A stretch of 63,971 nt of DNA, counting the filler, from Blastocystis sp. subtype 4 (lineage: Eukaryota), in the NCBI RefSeq assembly GCF_000743755.1. It is 3 parts of 3 records of this genome, joined end to end, with 100 filler letters (N's around TTAATTAATTAA, not from the genome) between each part and the next. Parts side by side here need not be neighbours in the genome. Positions count along the whole stretch, not along the records: positions 26,511 to 52,883 come from NW_014569399.1; positions 52,984 to 63,971 come from NW_014569232.1; 1 more part is not named here. One strand, given 5' to 3'. The position numbers and the translations under genes are program-made. The notes beneath the pieces are model-generated. The model made no database searches, was not told where the DNA came from, and saw nothing but the letters and a program-made list of their open reading frames with translations. Below are positions 41,515 to 55,104 of the stretch, piece after piece; position 1 is the first letter of the stretch; each line of letters begins with the position of its first letter.

Positions 41515-42916
41515 ATGAGTGAAGAGATTTCTATATTTGTCCGTTCTATGGATGAGAAGAAAGAGTCAATTCTCATCAAACCTTCGGATTCTATTAGACG
41601 ACTAAAGGAACTAGTTCATGACAAATTCGGTTGTTATTGATTATTTTTCTAATACTATAGATGTTAATTTGGAGGAAGAGTTATTGTTATTCCGAGGGAG
41701 GATTCTGAAAGACGACCAAACAATCAGTTCGTGCAATATCGCATCGGAAGATACGATACTCTTAGTAGTTCGAAAGAGGCCTGAAGATGGTATGGTTGTT
41801 CTAGTGAATTGATTGTTAGAACATCAAGTCCCACCTCCCCAAACTCCTATCCCAATGCTAGAGAACTATGTTCAATCTTTATTCGATAGTACCTTTAGCA
41901 ATACGTATTTCGTTGAGGACATGAGTCAGATTTAGGCATATGGGATTTGAACGTCTCTATAGCTGTTCAGATGACCTTCGGTCATCGTTTTCGGTTGATG
42001 AACCTGAAGAGACATTTCGACTGGATAGCACTTGTATGCGAGGAGTTCGACAAACAATATCTGAATTAAGGCTACTTGTAGATTGTGTGAATAGATATGC
42101 CACATCAGCATATCATTACCTAGGAGTAGGATTGAATTCTCTACAGTAATAATTAGTCCTCTGAAAATGCATCTTTATCAATCCATCAAGTTGATGAATG
42201 TAAAATGATCTAATTTGTAGCTTGAAAATTTTGTAAATTGTATGGGAGTTCAGAATAGGATCACGTCATTATTAACATCCTGTATGAATCGCTTGCTGCG
42301 TCGAGTGGTGGTTGCACAACGGCAACAATTGTCAGGAGACTCATCATTAACTCCTTCCACTACTCAAGTGAGTGATAGTCCGGCTCTAGCTACTTCTTCA
42401 AGAACTTCAGGTGATTTAACTCAAGACTCATCAGAGTCTACATCTGGAGATCATCATCCTTCTAGTATCGAGTTTGTCATATCTTTATCAGCCACTCCTC
42501 AGAATGAGCATGCCACACGTGAAGAAGTCTGGCAGGATATTCAGGGAATGGTTGGAACTCTCTTACAAACTCTTTCTGGACGAGGCCATACTAGACAAGC
42601 TAGTGGGCAGGCGAGACCATCGGAATCTACAGCCAGTTCAGCTCCGACGACATCTTCTGCACAGCAGTCTGGACAGTCCTCTACTCGACCATTGGATCCT
42701 TTCGTACAAGTTGGATCTTCTCAATCATCTCACCAGTCTTCATCAGATTCTCAATCACCTTCATCACATCCTCCAGTGACGCCTCAACAATCCAATTCGA
42801 CACAGTCTCAGGATTTGGATTCATTGCTGGAAACAACTCTCAATAGCACATTGAATCCATCATCTGAAAAGCGAGATACACCTGCCAATCTTCCAAATCC
42901 CAAACGATCTAAGTGA
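41515..42916 (+). CDS. N-terminal ubiquitin-like domain protein with Ser-rich tail (BAG6-like layout)
   Basis: MSEEISIFVRSMDEKKESILIKPSDSIRRLKELVH...LLFRGRILKDDQTISSCNIASEDTILLVVR. Confidence 0.75.
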
Positions 42917-42948
42917 TTCAATCTTTGTTAACAAACACATCACAATTC

Positions 42949-45565
<2,617 letters not shown>

Positions 45566-45671
45566 TTGGTTTATGTGATGATTCTTTGCGTTCTTTCAAT
45601 GACTGACGGAAAAAGTCCTGATTTCACTATTCCAGTTTGGCATACCTAATACTACTGATTTCTGTTCCATA

Positions 45672-47611
45672 TCACACAGTGGATCTCAACAAAGCCACTC
45701 CCCGAGTATCGCACGAATATGTGGGAAAGAACAATCCATCTTTCGATGATGGCTTGAATATCTCCAAACAAACAGTTAAACTCTCTAAATAACGACTAGC
45801 AATTCCGTAATACTCTCCAGGTAATGTAAAATGATCCAGGTTCAATTTCTTGTTGTTGAAAATATGATATAGCACATCGTCCATTGCTAATGGTAAATCA
45901 AATGACGAATTCATACCTGAGAAGAGTGCATTCATATCACTTGTAACCGTCTGGAACCCATGAATATCGATTCCTACCACCTTTTCAAATATACTCAAAG
46001 CATTATGAAGCGATAGCAGAAAAAGTGTCCATAAGAAGATGGTATCTTCAAAGAAGAGATTAATGGAACCAGTATTGCGAATAAGTATTCCAATTGTCTG
46101 CACAGCGTACACAGTGCGTCGCAGATCACTGGAACAAATTCTGGCACATTCAAAGGAACTGAGAGTAGGGTCGTTTCTGGCTCGTCGAGTTGCAATTTGT
46201 AATTGAAGAGTTGTATTGATAATAAGGGTGGATACAGCTTCATTCAGAGGAACCATCGTAGATTGCGGATTAGCATAGACAAACTGATTGAGGGTTTGAC
46301 TATCACAAGCATACAGCAGACGAAGGAGAAGTCTCCATTGAAGATGACATTGGAGAATATCGAGATTTCTAGATCAAAGAGATGCATCAGTCCTACGAGA
46401 ATACAGGCCGTTGAATTGTGACAAATTGATTTCTACTATGACAGAGAATCAATAAGAGCTTACTGTTCCACAATCTCACTAAGAGTCTGATATTGCCTCT
46501 GGATCTTCGCATATGAAGCTTTCCATCCATTCATCCATTCTGTTTTCTCCCTAGTAATCATTCTACTAACATAAGCTTACATGATATGAAGATCTTTCAA
46601 CATTGGTTCCACAAGATATAGAGAATCTTCTTCATTTACTCGTCGTGAATCTGTTCCACTGTGAATTGAAATACCCTTACTGAGACTAATTGAAAGATCC
46701 TTCAATATCGATTGAATGGAAAGTAGATTTGTCGATGTGCTGATGCTACTTAAATCAATATCTGATAGGAGAGCGCTCTTCAAAATAGTTTCAGAAACAG
46801 ATCGAATGAGAGATAACAAGAATAACACTACGAGAAGTCGAGAATAGGGAATCTGAACGACAATGTGGAGAAGTGTACTTATAGAATATCCAATCCGTGT
46901 CTGTGTGCAGAGAATGATGAAAAGGATAGATATACAAGAGATACAACAACTATCAGCACAACACTGACGAAAACGGTATTTCTTCTTTTCACTTTCTAAT
47001 CGAGGTGTCATATCATACTTCTAAACATGATAAATAACAAGGTAATGGACATAATTGTTCCACATAAACAGATAGTAAATAGAATGGAAGATGACTGTAT
47101 CAATCACGAGTTCAATCGATAAATGAATCTTTCTATACGTCACTGTCCAATATTAAAGGTACGAATCACCTGGTTGACTCCTTGAATATGAAGTAAGAAG
47201 ACAAAGCATTCCATACGTTGCAGGAATCGATAACCACATGAGAATATGTTTCAAATGGTAACATTCACAACACTTCTCCCATAAAGTATATCTTCTGAAT
47301 GGTTGCACAATAAACGACTTATAGACATAGATGAGACAGATCAACTATAAGTCAACACGAAAATGAACAAGAACGTCAAGAATGTATAATAGAAACGATG
47401 TTTTGAATCCGTACCAGAAGGAGCCAACAATTCCACGCTTAAGGATCACTGATGGATTCCAGAAATTGAGAACCAATGGAATCAGAGAAAGATGGATCCC
47501 AAGGACTGTTGCAAACGCTTTCAACATCCGTCCTTGGATGGCCGATCGAATTGTTGATATGGTCCCACTCTCCATCGACAATTTGATTGTTATTGCGACA
47601 TTGCGACACAT
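45672..47611 (-). CDS. Uncharacterised protein with several N-terminal TM helices and a helical C-terminal region
   Basis: Chain of hydrophobic minus-strand ORFs (47345-47611, 47153-47344, 46577-47011, 45672-46256); ends approximate. Confidence 0.5.
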
Positions 47612-47724
47612 GGCGCAAACTGATAGGACTGCTGATGAGAAGATCTAGATATCTCCAAATTGTGGAAAAAACCAAATGAACTCAGAGAACTCGATGATCT
47701 ATTATTCAGTGTTTTGATTTGAAC

Positions 47725-48518
47725 ATGGACGGACCCAAGGTTTTCTTTGATATCACCATTGGAGGAAAGAATAGTATTGATTTCGCTGGTCTGTTAATCT
47801 CTAGTTGGTCGTATTGTGATGCAACTGTATTCTGTACATTTGAATTATTGAAATAATATATAGGATACTCCGAAGACTTCTGAGAACTTCAGGTTTTGAT
47901 TCTACGAGGGGTTAATGGTTAGAGCTCTTTGCACTGGAGAGAAGGGGAAGGGTCGAGGTGGAAAGCCTCTACATTACAAGGGCTGCACGTTCCACCGTGT
48001 GATTCGTGATTTCATGATCCAGGGAGGAGATTTCACTAGAGGTGATGGAACAGGAGGCGAATCAATTTATGGAATGAAGTTTGCCGACGAGAACTTCAAG
48101 CACAAGCACTCAAGAGCTGGTCTTCTGTCGATGGCTAATGCTGGACGAAACACGAATGGTTCTCAATTCTTCATTACTACCGTATTTGGGTATTGTGAGT
48201 GTGATATGTAGGTTCCTACTCCTCATTTGAATGGTAAGCATGTCGTGTTTGGCGAAGTTATCAAGGGAATGGAAGTGGTTCGTGCAATTGAGAGAACTCG
48301 TGTGAATAGCAACGATCGACCTATTTCTCCCGTGGTCATTGCTGATTGTGGCGAGTTGAAGGATGAACCTGTTGATATTATTTGATTGAATCATTTCATA
48401 GGAAAAGAAGGAAGAGCCTACAAAGGTTGTGGAGTAAGCGTGTTTATAGGTATTTAGTGATAGAGACAAAGCCGAGAAGAGAGAAAGAAGTCGTAGCAGA
48501 TCTGCTGATCGTGAGTAA
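47725..48518 (+). CDS. Cyclophilin-type PPIase with a short RS-like tail
   Basis: [71 protein letters not shown]; several micro-exons; TGTTTGTT 48536-48543. Confidence 0.95.
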
Positions 48519-48809
48519 TTCATTTCTCGACTCATTGTTTGTTTAAATCCGTTCCTCTTTTAGCAAGAATCTAGAAGTATGATGGCTCATGTGTTGGTAT
48601 AATGTGTAGCGGGAAATGGACAAAGGACCAAGGTTGTTAGAGGTTTATGAAAAGTATCATGATGGTAGGATATACTAATGTTGTGGAGGCATAATCGACT
48701 AGGTGTTGCTGGTAAAACTGTATATGAAGCGTAATTGGTGGTTGCTCATAGTTTGATCCCTAGAACCAATTATCAGAATATTTTGAGGAGTAAGATTCGT
48801 TCAGGGATC

Positions 48810-49993
48810 ATGAATACTTCTTCTTTGGCTGAATCGTTGACGCCTCCTCCAAGTAACAAAGATGGGGGTCAGCAGCAAAATCAAGTGAATAAACAACAAA
48901 TAACTTTTCGTTCGAACCAAACACCTATGGGATTGGGACTAACGAGTTGCACCATGAATCTAGAATCCTCAGATAAGACGACAGGATATTTTGGACTAGC
49001 GCACGATGTTCTTGCTCCATTATCTCGTGAACAAGCCACTCTTGTTGAAGAGAAGGGCGTATGGTCTGTAATCAATTCGATATCATGTTTATATGCAGAA
49101 AACTCAATTAGGAATTGTTTGGAATGAAGAGTACCGAGTTCTGGATATTCCTCAGAATATCACAGTATTGGAACTCCGTCAACTTATTCTTCAATCGAAC
49201 ATATTTCCCTATTTCACCTCCCTCTCTGGATGGCGTCTTAGTTACAAGAATCAGCTCTTGCTTGATTCAGAGTATGTGTATATGTTTGGATTGCAACGGG
49301 GCTCAATTCTACGCATTCTTTCCATTGATGGTGATGGCCCTATTACACTTCCTTCTCTTGAGTTCAATTCATTCAATGCAGCCACTTACAATCGCAAGGA
49401 CTATACAGGAAGGTCGAATCAGCAATTTGTACGTACTATTGAACGGTCCAAACACATCCCGAAGAAAGATGAACAGATTGTCAATGTCCCTTCTCATGTT
49501 GATACAGCTCCGCCTGTCATATCGGAAGAAAAGAAAGTGTGCTGTGACTACTTCCCGATCCTCCGTCGATCTGGGTATTACATGCGTCCTGACCATTTCA
49601 CCATGCAAAAGATGTCTGAGGAGGAAGTGAGTCAGATTCATGATTTTGTGGTGGGACGGGAAGGTGCTGGCGAGATTTGTTGGCTAGGAGAAACCGATGT
49701 TCGGAACCTGAATTTGGATATTCGGGTAGTGATAGACCGTGATTTGAATGGAATCCCATTTATTCATGTGTATCCTCCTGAGCTTTGGTTGAATGTACTT
49801 CCGAAAGAAGGCATTGAACTAAACAAACGTGCTGAAATTAGGTTATTTAACATGTTTCCGAGAGGATTCCGAACGGATGCAGCAGTTGAGAGATATACCC
49901 AGATGTTAAAACGACAGGTGGAGGCAATGAGTGGGGAGTGGATTGGATATAATATCTCAACAGGGACACTTCGATTCTATGTAAACCATTTTT
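48810..49993 (+). CDS. Ubiquitin-like domain plus Nup98-type autopeptidase (S59) domain protein; stop predicted to be created by polyadenylation
   Basis: FPILRRSGYYMRP, DFVVGREGAGEICW..ETDVRNLNLD, IHVYP, GIELNKRAEIRL, YN..TGTLRFYVNHF; single T at 49993 then TGTTTGTT at 49998-50005. Confidence 0.8.
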
Positions 49994-49997
49994 TTCA

Positions 49998-50005
49998 TGT
50001 TTGTT
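49998..50005 (+). terminator. TGTTTGTT downstream polyadenylation element (representative copy)
   Basis: Same 8-mer follows gene ends on + at 144, 24340, 28246, 32080, 34551, 48536, 52785, 53092, 54990, 63673 and on - at 941, 4515, 7204, 21672, 24470, 42930. Confidence 0.9.
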
Positions 50006-50162
50006 GGACAGTATATGTGAGGTTATGCTCTGCTATGCCACTATTCTAAGTCAAATTCCATGATTTCAGAAATCGAAGACAAGTATTCTTTGGATCTCGA
50101 TGAATATTGGAATTCCAGTTGTCGATTGCTAATCGAATTCGGCGGGTTCTTTTCTCAAAACT

Positions 50163-50924
50163 ATGAATCGTAGGAACGACGATTCATCATGGAACCCACC
50201 TGCCAACTGGAACTACAAATTCTCTGCTAACGGATGCCCACGCGATTTTTTAGCATCAATCCCTCATCCTCTACCGAGTAATCTTGGTATGCAGTTGTAT
50301 CATCACTATGGACCCAAGTCCTACTATTCTGGAGATGCTCCTCCTTTTATGCGGATACCTTACATGAATCCAAATGGATCTGATTCCAGTTCAGATGGGA
50401 CACACAAATCCCTGTCTTTTGATAAATGTCCTATTCCACCCGAACTACGCGGTTCACTTGTGTCCAAGTTAAAGAATGAACGGAATCAGTATCCTCCAGC
50501 TTCACCACACTCACCAATGAACTCGGATGGTTGCAAGCATCCTAGCAGAGGTGATTCGACAGATGATACAACCGAGAACACAAAGCGTATATGGCCTGTA
50601 ATGGGGTTTGGTAAACTGGATATTCGGGAACGTGATGGATGCTTCGTGGTAAGTCTCGATATCCCTGGAGTGTCCAAGGAATCGATTGACGTTTCTCTGA
50701 AACCAAGTAGCATTGTAGTGGAATGTGTTCGTAAACCTCTCCCAACGTGTAAAGGAAAGTTTCATTATATCGAACGACCATGTGGCAAGTTGGTTCGGAC
50801 AATTCAACTACCCTCCAAAGCAAATCCCAATGAGATCACCTGTAACTACGTTGATGGGGTGTTATCCATTGTTATCGGCAAACTGAAGGATGAAGGAACC
50901 ATAAAGAAAGTTCGTGTAGAATAG
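50163..50924 (+). CDS. Small heat-shock protein (Hsp20/alpha-crystallin domain) with a long N-terminal extension
   Basis: LDIRE...VSLDIPGVSKESIDV...ERPCGKLVRTIQLP...Y.DGVLSIVI.K; intronless. Confidence 0.9.
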   Translation: MNRRNDDSSWNPPANWNYKFSANGCPRDFLASIPHPLPSNLGMQLYHHYGPKSYYSGDAPPFMRIPYMNPNGSDSSSDGTHKSLSFDKCPIPPELRGSLVSKLKNERNQYPPASPHSPMNSDGCKHPSRGDSTDDTTENTKRIWPVMGFGKLDIRERDGCFVVSLDIPGVSKESIDVSLKPSSIVVECVRKPLPTCKGKFHYIERPCGKLVRTIQLPSKANPNEITCNYVDGVLSIVIGKLKDEGTIKKVRVE

Positions 50925-50947
50925 CGCTTCTTGTGTTTGTGGAAAAA

Positions 50948-51019
50948 TGCGTCAACCGGGAATTGAACCCGGACCTCTACCTTGGAAGGGTAGAATCCTA
51001 ACCATTAGACCATTGACGC
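50948..51019 (-). tRNA. tRNA-Gly (TCC)
   Basis: GCGTCAATGGTCTAATGGTTAGGATTCTACCCTTCCAAGGTAGAGGTCCGGGTTCAATTCCCGGTTGACGCA; paired stems, TCC anticodon, T5 terminator. Confidence 0.95.
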
Positions 51020-51177
51020 TCTTTTGTTTCTTTTCAAATCATTGTATTTAGATCGAACGATCTTTTGGGACCCCCAGAACACATAACGGTTGTTGGGTAG
51101 TAGAGAATGATTTTGGAATGACACTTTTTTGGTGGTAATTGGCTGGACAAAGGCTATTTAAATAGCTTGTTGATGGA

Positions 51178-52769
51178 ATGATTGTATAAGTGATTTCGAC
51201 GAATTGACGCATAGAAACGATTGGTAGATCTTGTTATTCATCCCAAATGGATCTTACCGATCGTTCCGAGGGGAAAAGTGTTTGAGAGTATGTCTGTAGT
51301 TGTTAATAATGGTATCATCGTCGATATCCTTTCTACACAAGTAGATCTGCTGTTGAGGTGTTATTCTAGCGCTGCAAGTCAACGTACAAGGCAAAAGAGA
51401 GTGTGGAACTAGAAAACCATGTTTTGTTACCTGGATTTGTCAATGCTCATGCTCACAGTGCCATGTTTCTTTTTAAGTCGTATGGAGATGATAATGAATT
51501 GATGGACTGGCTCCGTTGGATCCATTAGTGACTATAATAACTAGAACACTACATTTGGCCGATGGAAGAAATGTTCGTGAGTCCGACTTTTATCCATGAT
51601 GTATTTATTAGATTGATATTCAATGATAGGGTGTTCAAATGGCTTGTGCGGAGATGATTCGCAGTGGCACCACATGTTTCAATGATATGTACTACTATCC
51701 AGTAGAAACAGCCAAATTAGTATCTGAAATTGGAATGCGTGCTGTTATCGCTCTGATGGGCCGAAGCAAGAATGGTTCTCTTGATAATGTATCAATAATT
51801 CATTGTCTCATAATGTTAGACAATGAATATTCTTAAAGAGACCATTCATCCTTTTCCCAACATTTATTATAGTATTGGTCCCCACTCACCTTATCTCTAT
51901 GATGATGAATCACTTCGGGCAATTGGAGATGCTTGCCATCATTATGGCGTTCAGATGCATATTCATGTCCAAGAGACTGAAGATGAGCTGCGGAATAGTG
52001 TTTTAGGGAATCACGAAGGTAGAAATTGTCATAAGAGTGATGCTAAATGTTCACCCATTGCCAATCTGGCTCGATTGGGTGTATTGGACGATACATGCTG
52101 TGCACACTGTGTACATCTTCTTGAGAGTGATTTTGATGAATTGGCAAAGCATCATGCTTCTGTAGTTCATTGCCCTCATTCCAATCTCAAGTTAGGAAGT
52201 GGCATTGCTCCTGTTCAGAAGATGTTGGATCGAGGTATCAACGTGTGTCTTGGTACAGATGGAGCCTCCTCTAATAACAATCTTGACATGTTGGGGGAGA
52301 TGCGAACAGCTGCTCTTCTGGGGCCAATCGCTGCTGGAGGAGATGCACGTGCTGTTTCATCTGTTACTGTTTGAATTCTTTCGTTGGATGATCTGTAGGC
52401 CTTGGAGATGGCGACCATTAATGGGGCGCGTGCATTGCGTTTAGATAAGGAGATTGGAAGTATTGAGGTAGGGAAGAAGGCAGATTTGATTGCACTTGAC
52501 ATGAATCGCATTGAAACTCTTCCTATTAATAATCTGTTTTCAAGTATCGTCTATTCTGCAGGAAGAGATCAGTATAGATTTGAAGTGGAGTTTTCTGTAG
52601 AGTTACCGATGTTTGGGTGGAAGGAAGGTGTCTGATGCGGAGTCGTGAATTAACGACATTAGATGTGAGTCAGCTGATGCAGAAGGCCCTTGAGTGGAAA
52701 GAGACGTTGAATGAAAGCAATCCCTTTACTTGTTCGGGTACTCCCGATCTATGTTCTAGTCCCTTTTAG
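51178..52769 (+). CDS. Amidohydrolase, MtaD/TRZ-ATZ type (5'-methylthioadenosine/S-adenosylhomocysteine deaminase-like)
   Basis: LPGFVNAHAH, EMIRSGTTCFNDMY, GPHSPY, HIHVQET, HCPHSNLKLGSG, LGTDGASSNNNLDM, GSIEVGKKADLIA; TGTTTGTT 52785-52792. Confidence 0.88.
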
Positions 52770-52835
52770 TCCAATGTAATGAGCTGTTTGTTTGGATGAT
52801 TTGGTGTTCACTCTTTCCTTAAGCCACCACCGATT

Positions 52836-52883
52836 ATGGAAGTGATTAATCCAAATGGAGTCAAAGTCTACAATCTCTCTGCT
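52836..52883 (+). CDS. NOL10: 5' fragment of nucleolar protein 10 (Enp2), cut by the gap
   Basis: MEVINPNGVKVYNLSA resembles the NOL10/Enp2 N-terminus (N.VK.Y.LS); only 16 codons visible. Confidence 0.6.
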
Positions 52884-52983
52884 NNNNNNNNNNNNNNNNN
52901 NNNNNNNNNNNNNNNNNNNNNNNNNNNTTAATTAATTAANNNNNNNNNNNNNNNNNNNNNNNNNNNNNNNNNNNNNNNNNNNN
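52884..52983. other. Scaffold gap with artificial TTAATTAATTAA linker
   Basis: 44 N + ttaattaattaa + 44 N. Confidence 0.97.
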
Positions 52984-52984
52984 T

Positions 52985-53087
52985 ATAGAGGATGTAAAGC
53001 GTGTGTTTGGGTTGTTCTCGGATGTTGGTCGATCTACAAAGACTCTTCAGGAGTATCAAGACAGTTATTTGTATAGTGAAACGAAGT
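52985..53087 (+). CDS. RUVBL2: 3' fragment of RuvB-like 2 (reptin/Rvb2); stop predicted to be created by polyadenylation
   Basis: IEDVKRVFGLFSDVGRSTKTLQEYQDSYLYSETK matches the RUVBL2 C-terminus (D.KRV..LF.D..RST....EYQD..L..E); T at 53087, TGTTTGTT 53092-53099. Confidence 0.85.
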
Positions 53088-53132
53088 GGATTGTTTGTTA
53101 TACGACACATTATCAAGTCGAGGGAGAGAGAG

Positions 53133-54494
53133 ATGTGGAAAACGCCTGTAAAGTTGATTGAATGCAATTACTATTAGAAACTCTACATAACAAAGGAAAT
53201 ACTCAATGGTCTTAGCGAAAAGGGTATTGTTACAGAAGAACAGTTACCTAAGATTGAAGAATATTTCCTGAGTTGTCAAACAGCGGAAACGGAAAAAGGG
53301 TCACAAAAACGAGATCCCGAAGATATAGTGGATGGAAAAGATAGGTCCGATATTAAACGAAGAGTTGAAAGCGAAGAAACCGTGATTCCTCAAAAGTGGT
53401 CATGAGATGTAGGAAAGTGTTACAAAACCCCAGAATCCATATAGTCAGTTGTTTCCAGAGCTAGATATCAAACCATTCACGACTCTTGTTGGTGTTGGTG
53501 AAGAACCGCCAACAGAGACTGAAAATGTGGAATTATCGTCCATCGCCTCGACAGAAGTTATTCCACGAGAGATGATCACAGAACCCGCCAATCCCTCGAT
53601 ATGTGTATGTCGTATCCTGAACTATTTGAACGGGAACAGTACAGAAAAGCCAAAAGAGATTCCATGGAAGTCAGACATCGAATTTACAACGATAGTTCGT
53701 CAACTCGTAATCTACTGTCCGGAACTTCTTGTTCCGCTTCTTTCTGTTGTAATGAATAAGTTGCAAGAGCTATGTAAGAGTCTGCGCTCTGTTGTAGTGA
53801 AATCAGCGGTCTTCACTACTTCGGATCTGTTTTTGTATCTTCATGATCGTTGCCTTCAGGATGGGACTGATCTGGTAACGGTAATAATTCAGAAGACAGG
53901 ATCAGAGAAACAGTTCGTACGAGATGAGTGTATTTCTTGTCTGAAGATTGTCGGATTCGTTTTAATATTTTGATGAATAGATCGTGGAGAATTGTGAGTC
54001 CCAGGAACTAGCGAATCTACTTCTTCGTCAAAGTATGGAATCAGAAAAGAATCAGCGAGTCCAAGAGAATTGTGTAAAAGCTTTGTTCCGGTGGTGGTAT
54101 CTTCACCAGTCTCTTGACAAGACTTCAGATTCTCCGGAGCTGAGTCAAGATCTTGTTAATCTACTTATTCAGCTTCCTAATTTCATGCGTAGCAAGAGTA
54201 CGGTTGTCAAATCGTAGGAATGACGAACTTCCATGACGAAATAGAGAAGCGGCCTCCTTCATGGAGAAGCAAATGTGCAAATATAGTGAGGAACTGATCC
54301 GTAATGTGCTCCTGTCAAATGATGTCAATGAATATAGTATTCAAGAAATCTTCCAGTACAACAAAGAGAAGGGAGATTCAAACTGTTCAGAAGTTCAAAA
54401 GTCTGAACCAACCAGCTCTCTTCGTGCTTTCCGAGAGGCAGCTTTGCGGAATAAAAAGCAATCTGAAGAGAGTGAGGATATTATGATTTTGTAG
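53133..54494 (+). CDS. TOG/CLASP-N-like HEAT domain protein
   Basis: LCKSLRSVVVKSAVFTTSDLF...IIQKTGSEKQFVRDEC matches the LRS.V.K.A...DLF...K.F.R pattern; first exon MWKTP then a 30-nt intron. Confidence 0.7.
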
Positions 54495-54559
54495 TTTGTT
54501 GTGTTTATTCAATCCACTAGCGCGTCTTCAAGTGACATCATTGAAGAGTAACAATAGAT

Positions 54560-54632
54560 GGGGGTGTAGCTCAGATGGTAGAGCGCTCGCTTAGCATGCG
54601 AGAGGTAAGGGGATCGATGCCCCTCTCCTCCA
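54560..54632 (+). tRNA. tRNA-Ala (AGC)
   Basis: GGGGGTGTAGCTCAGATGGTAGAGCGCTCGCTTAGCATGCGAGAGGTAAGGGGATCGATGCCCCTCTCCTCCA; G3:U70 identity pair; T-run downstream. Confidence 0.95.
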
Positions 54633-54672
54633 ACTTTTCTTTTTCTCCACAACTGAACTATAAAAGAAAGAA

Positions 54673-54970
54673 ATGTCTGAAGAAGATACATCATTTAATC
54701 CAGTTGAATTGGTTAAGGAACCTGATACTTAGGAATGTGTAGAAAAGTTACTGAAATCCTACATGAAAGAAGGTACTCGAATATCCAAAGATGGAGCAAT
54801 TGCTGCTTCTGAGTATTTGCGATTGTTCGTGATTGGTAGGAACTTGCTGATTTTTGAATCTTGACCTGTTAGAAGCTATTCATCGAGCAAATCTTCAAGC
54901 AGAAAATCGAGGAGTAGTAACGGCGCGTGATATACAAAGGATTCTTCCTGAGTTGTTTTTAGACTTTTAG
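54673..54970 (+). CDS. CENPX: Centromere protein X / MHF2 histone-fold protein (absent from ORF track)
   Basis: Splicing two short introns gives MSEEDTSFNPECVEKLLKSYMKEGTRISKDGAIAASEYLRLFVIEAIHRANLQAENRGVVTARDIQRILPELFLDF*; TGTTTGTT 54990-54997. Confidence 0.88.
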
Positions 54971-55104
54971 CAAATGTGGACTTTTCATCTGTTTGTTTGG
55001 ATCACTTAACAGAATCGAAAAGTCATCATGTGGTGTCTTCCGCAAAAAGAGAGAGATAACCGTGGTTCAGTCAATAACCCGTTGGAGGTAGAATAGTGCC
55101 CATA

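Noticed and set aside
45672..47611. Possible Ndc1 nucleoporin identity
   Set aside because: Only the TM-then-helical layout fits; no diagnostic motif recognised
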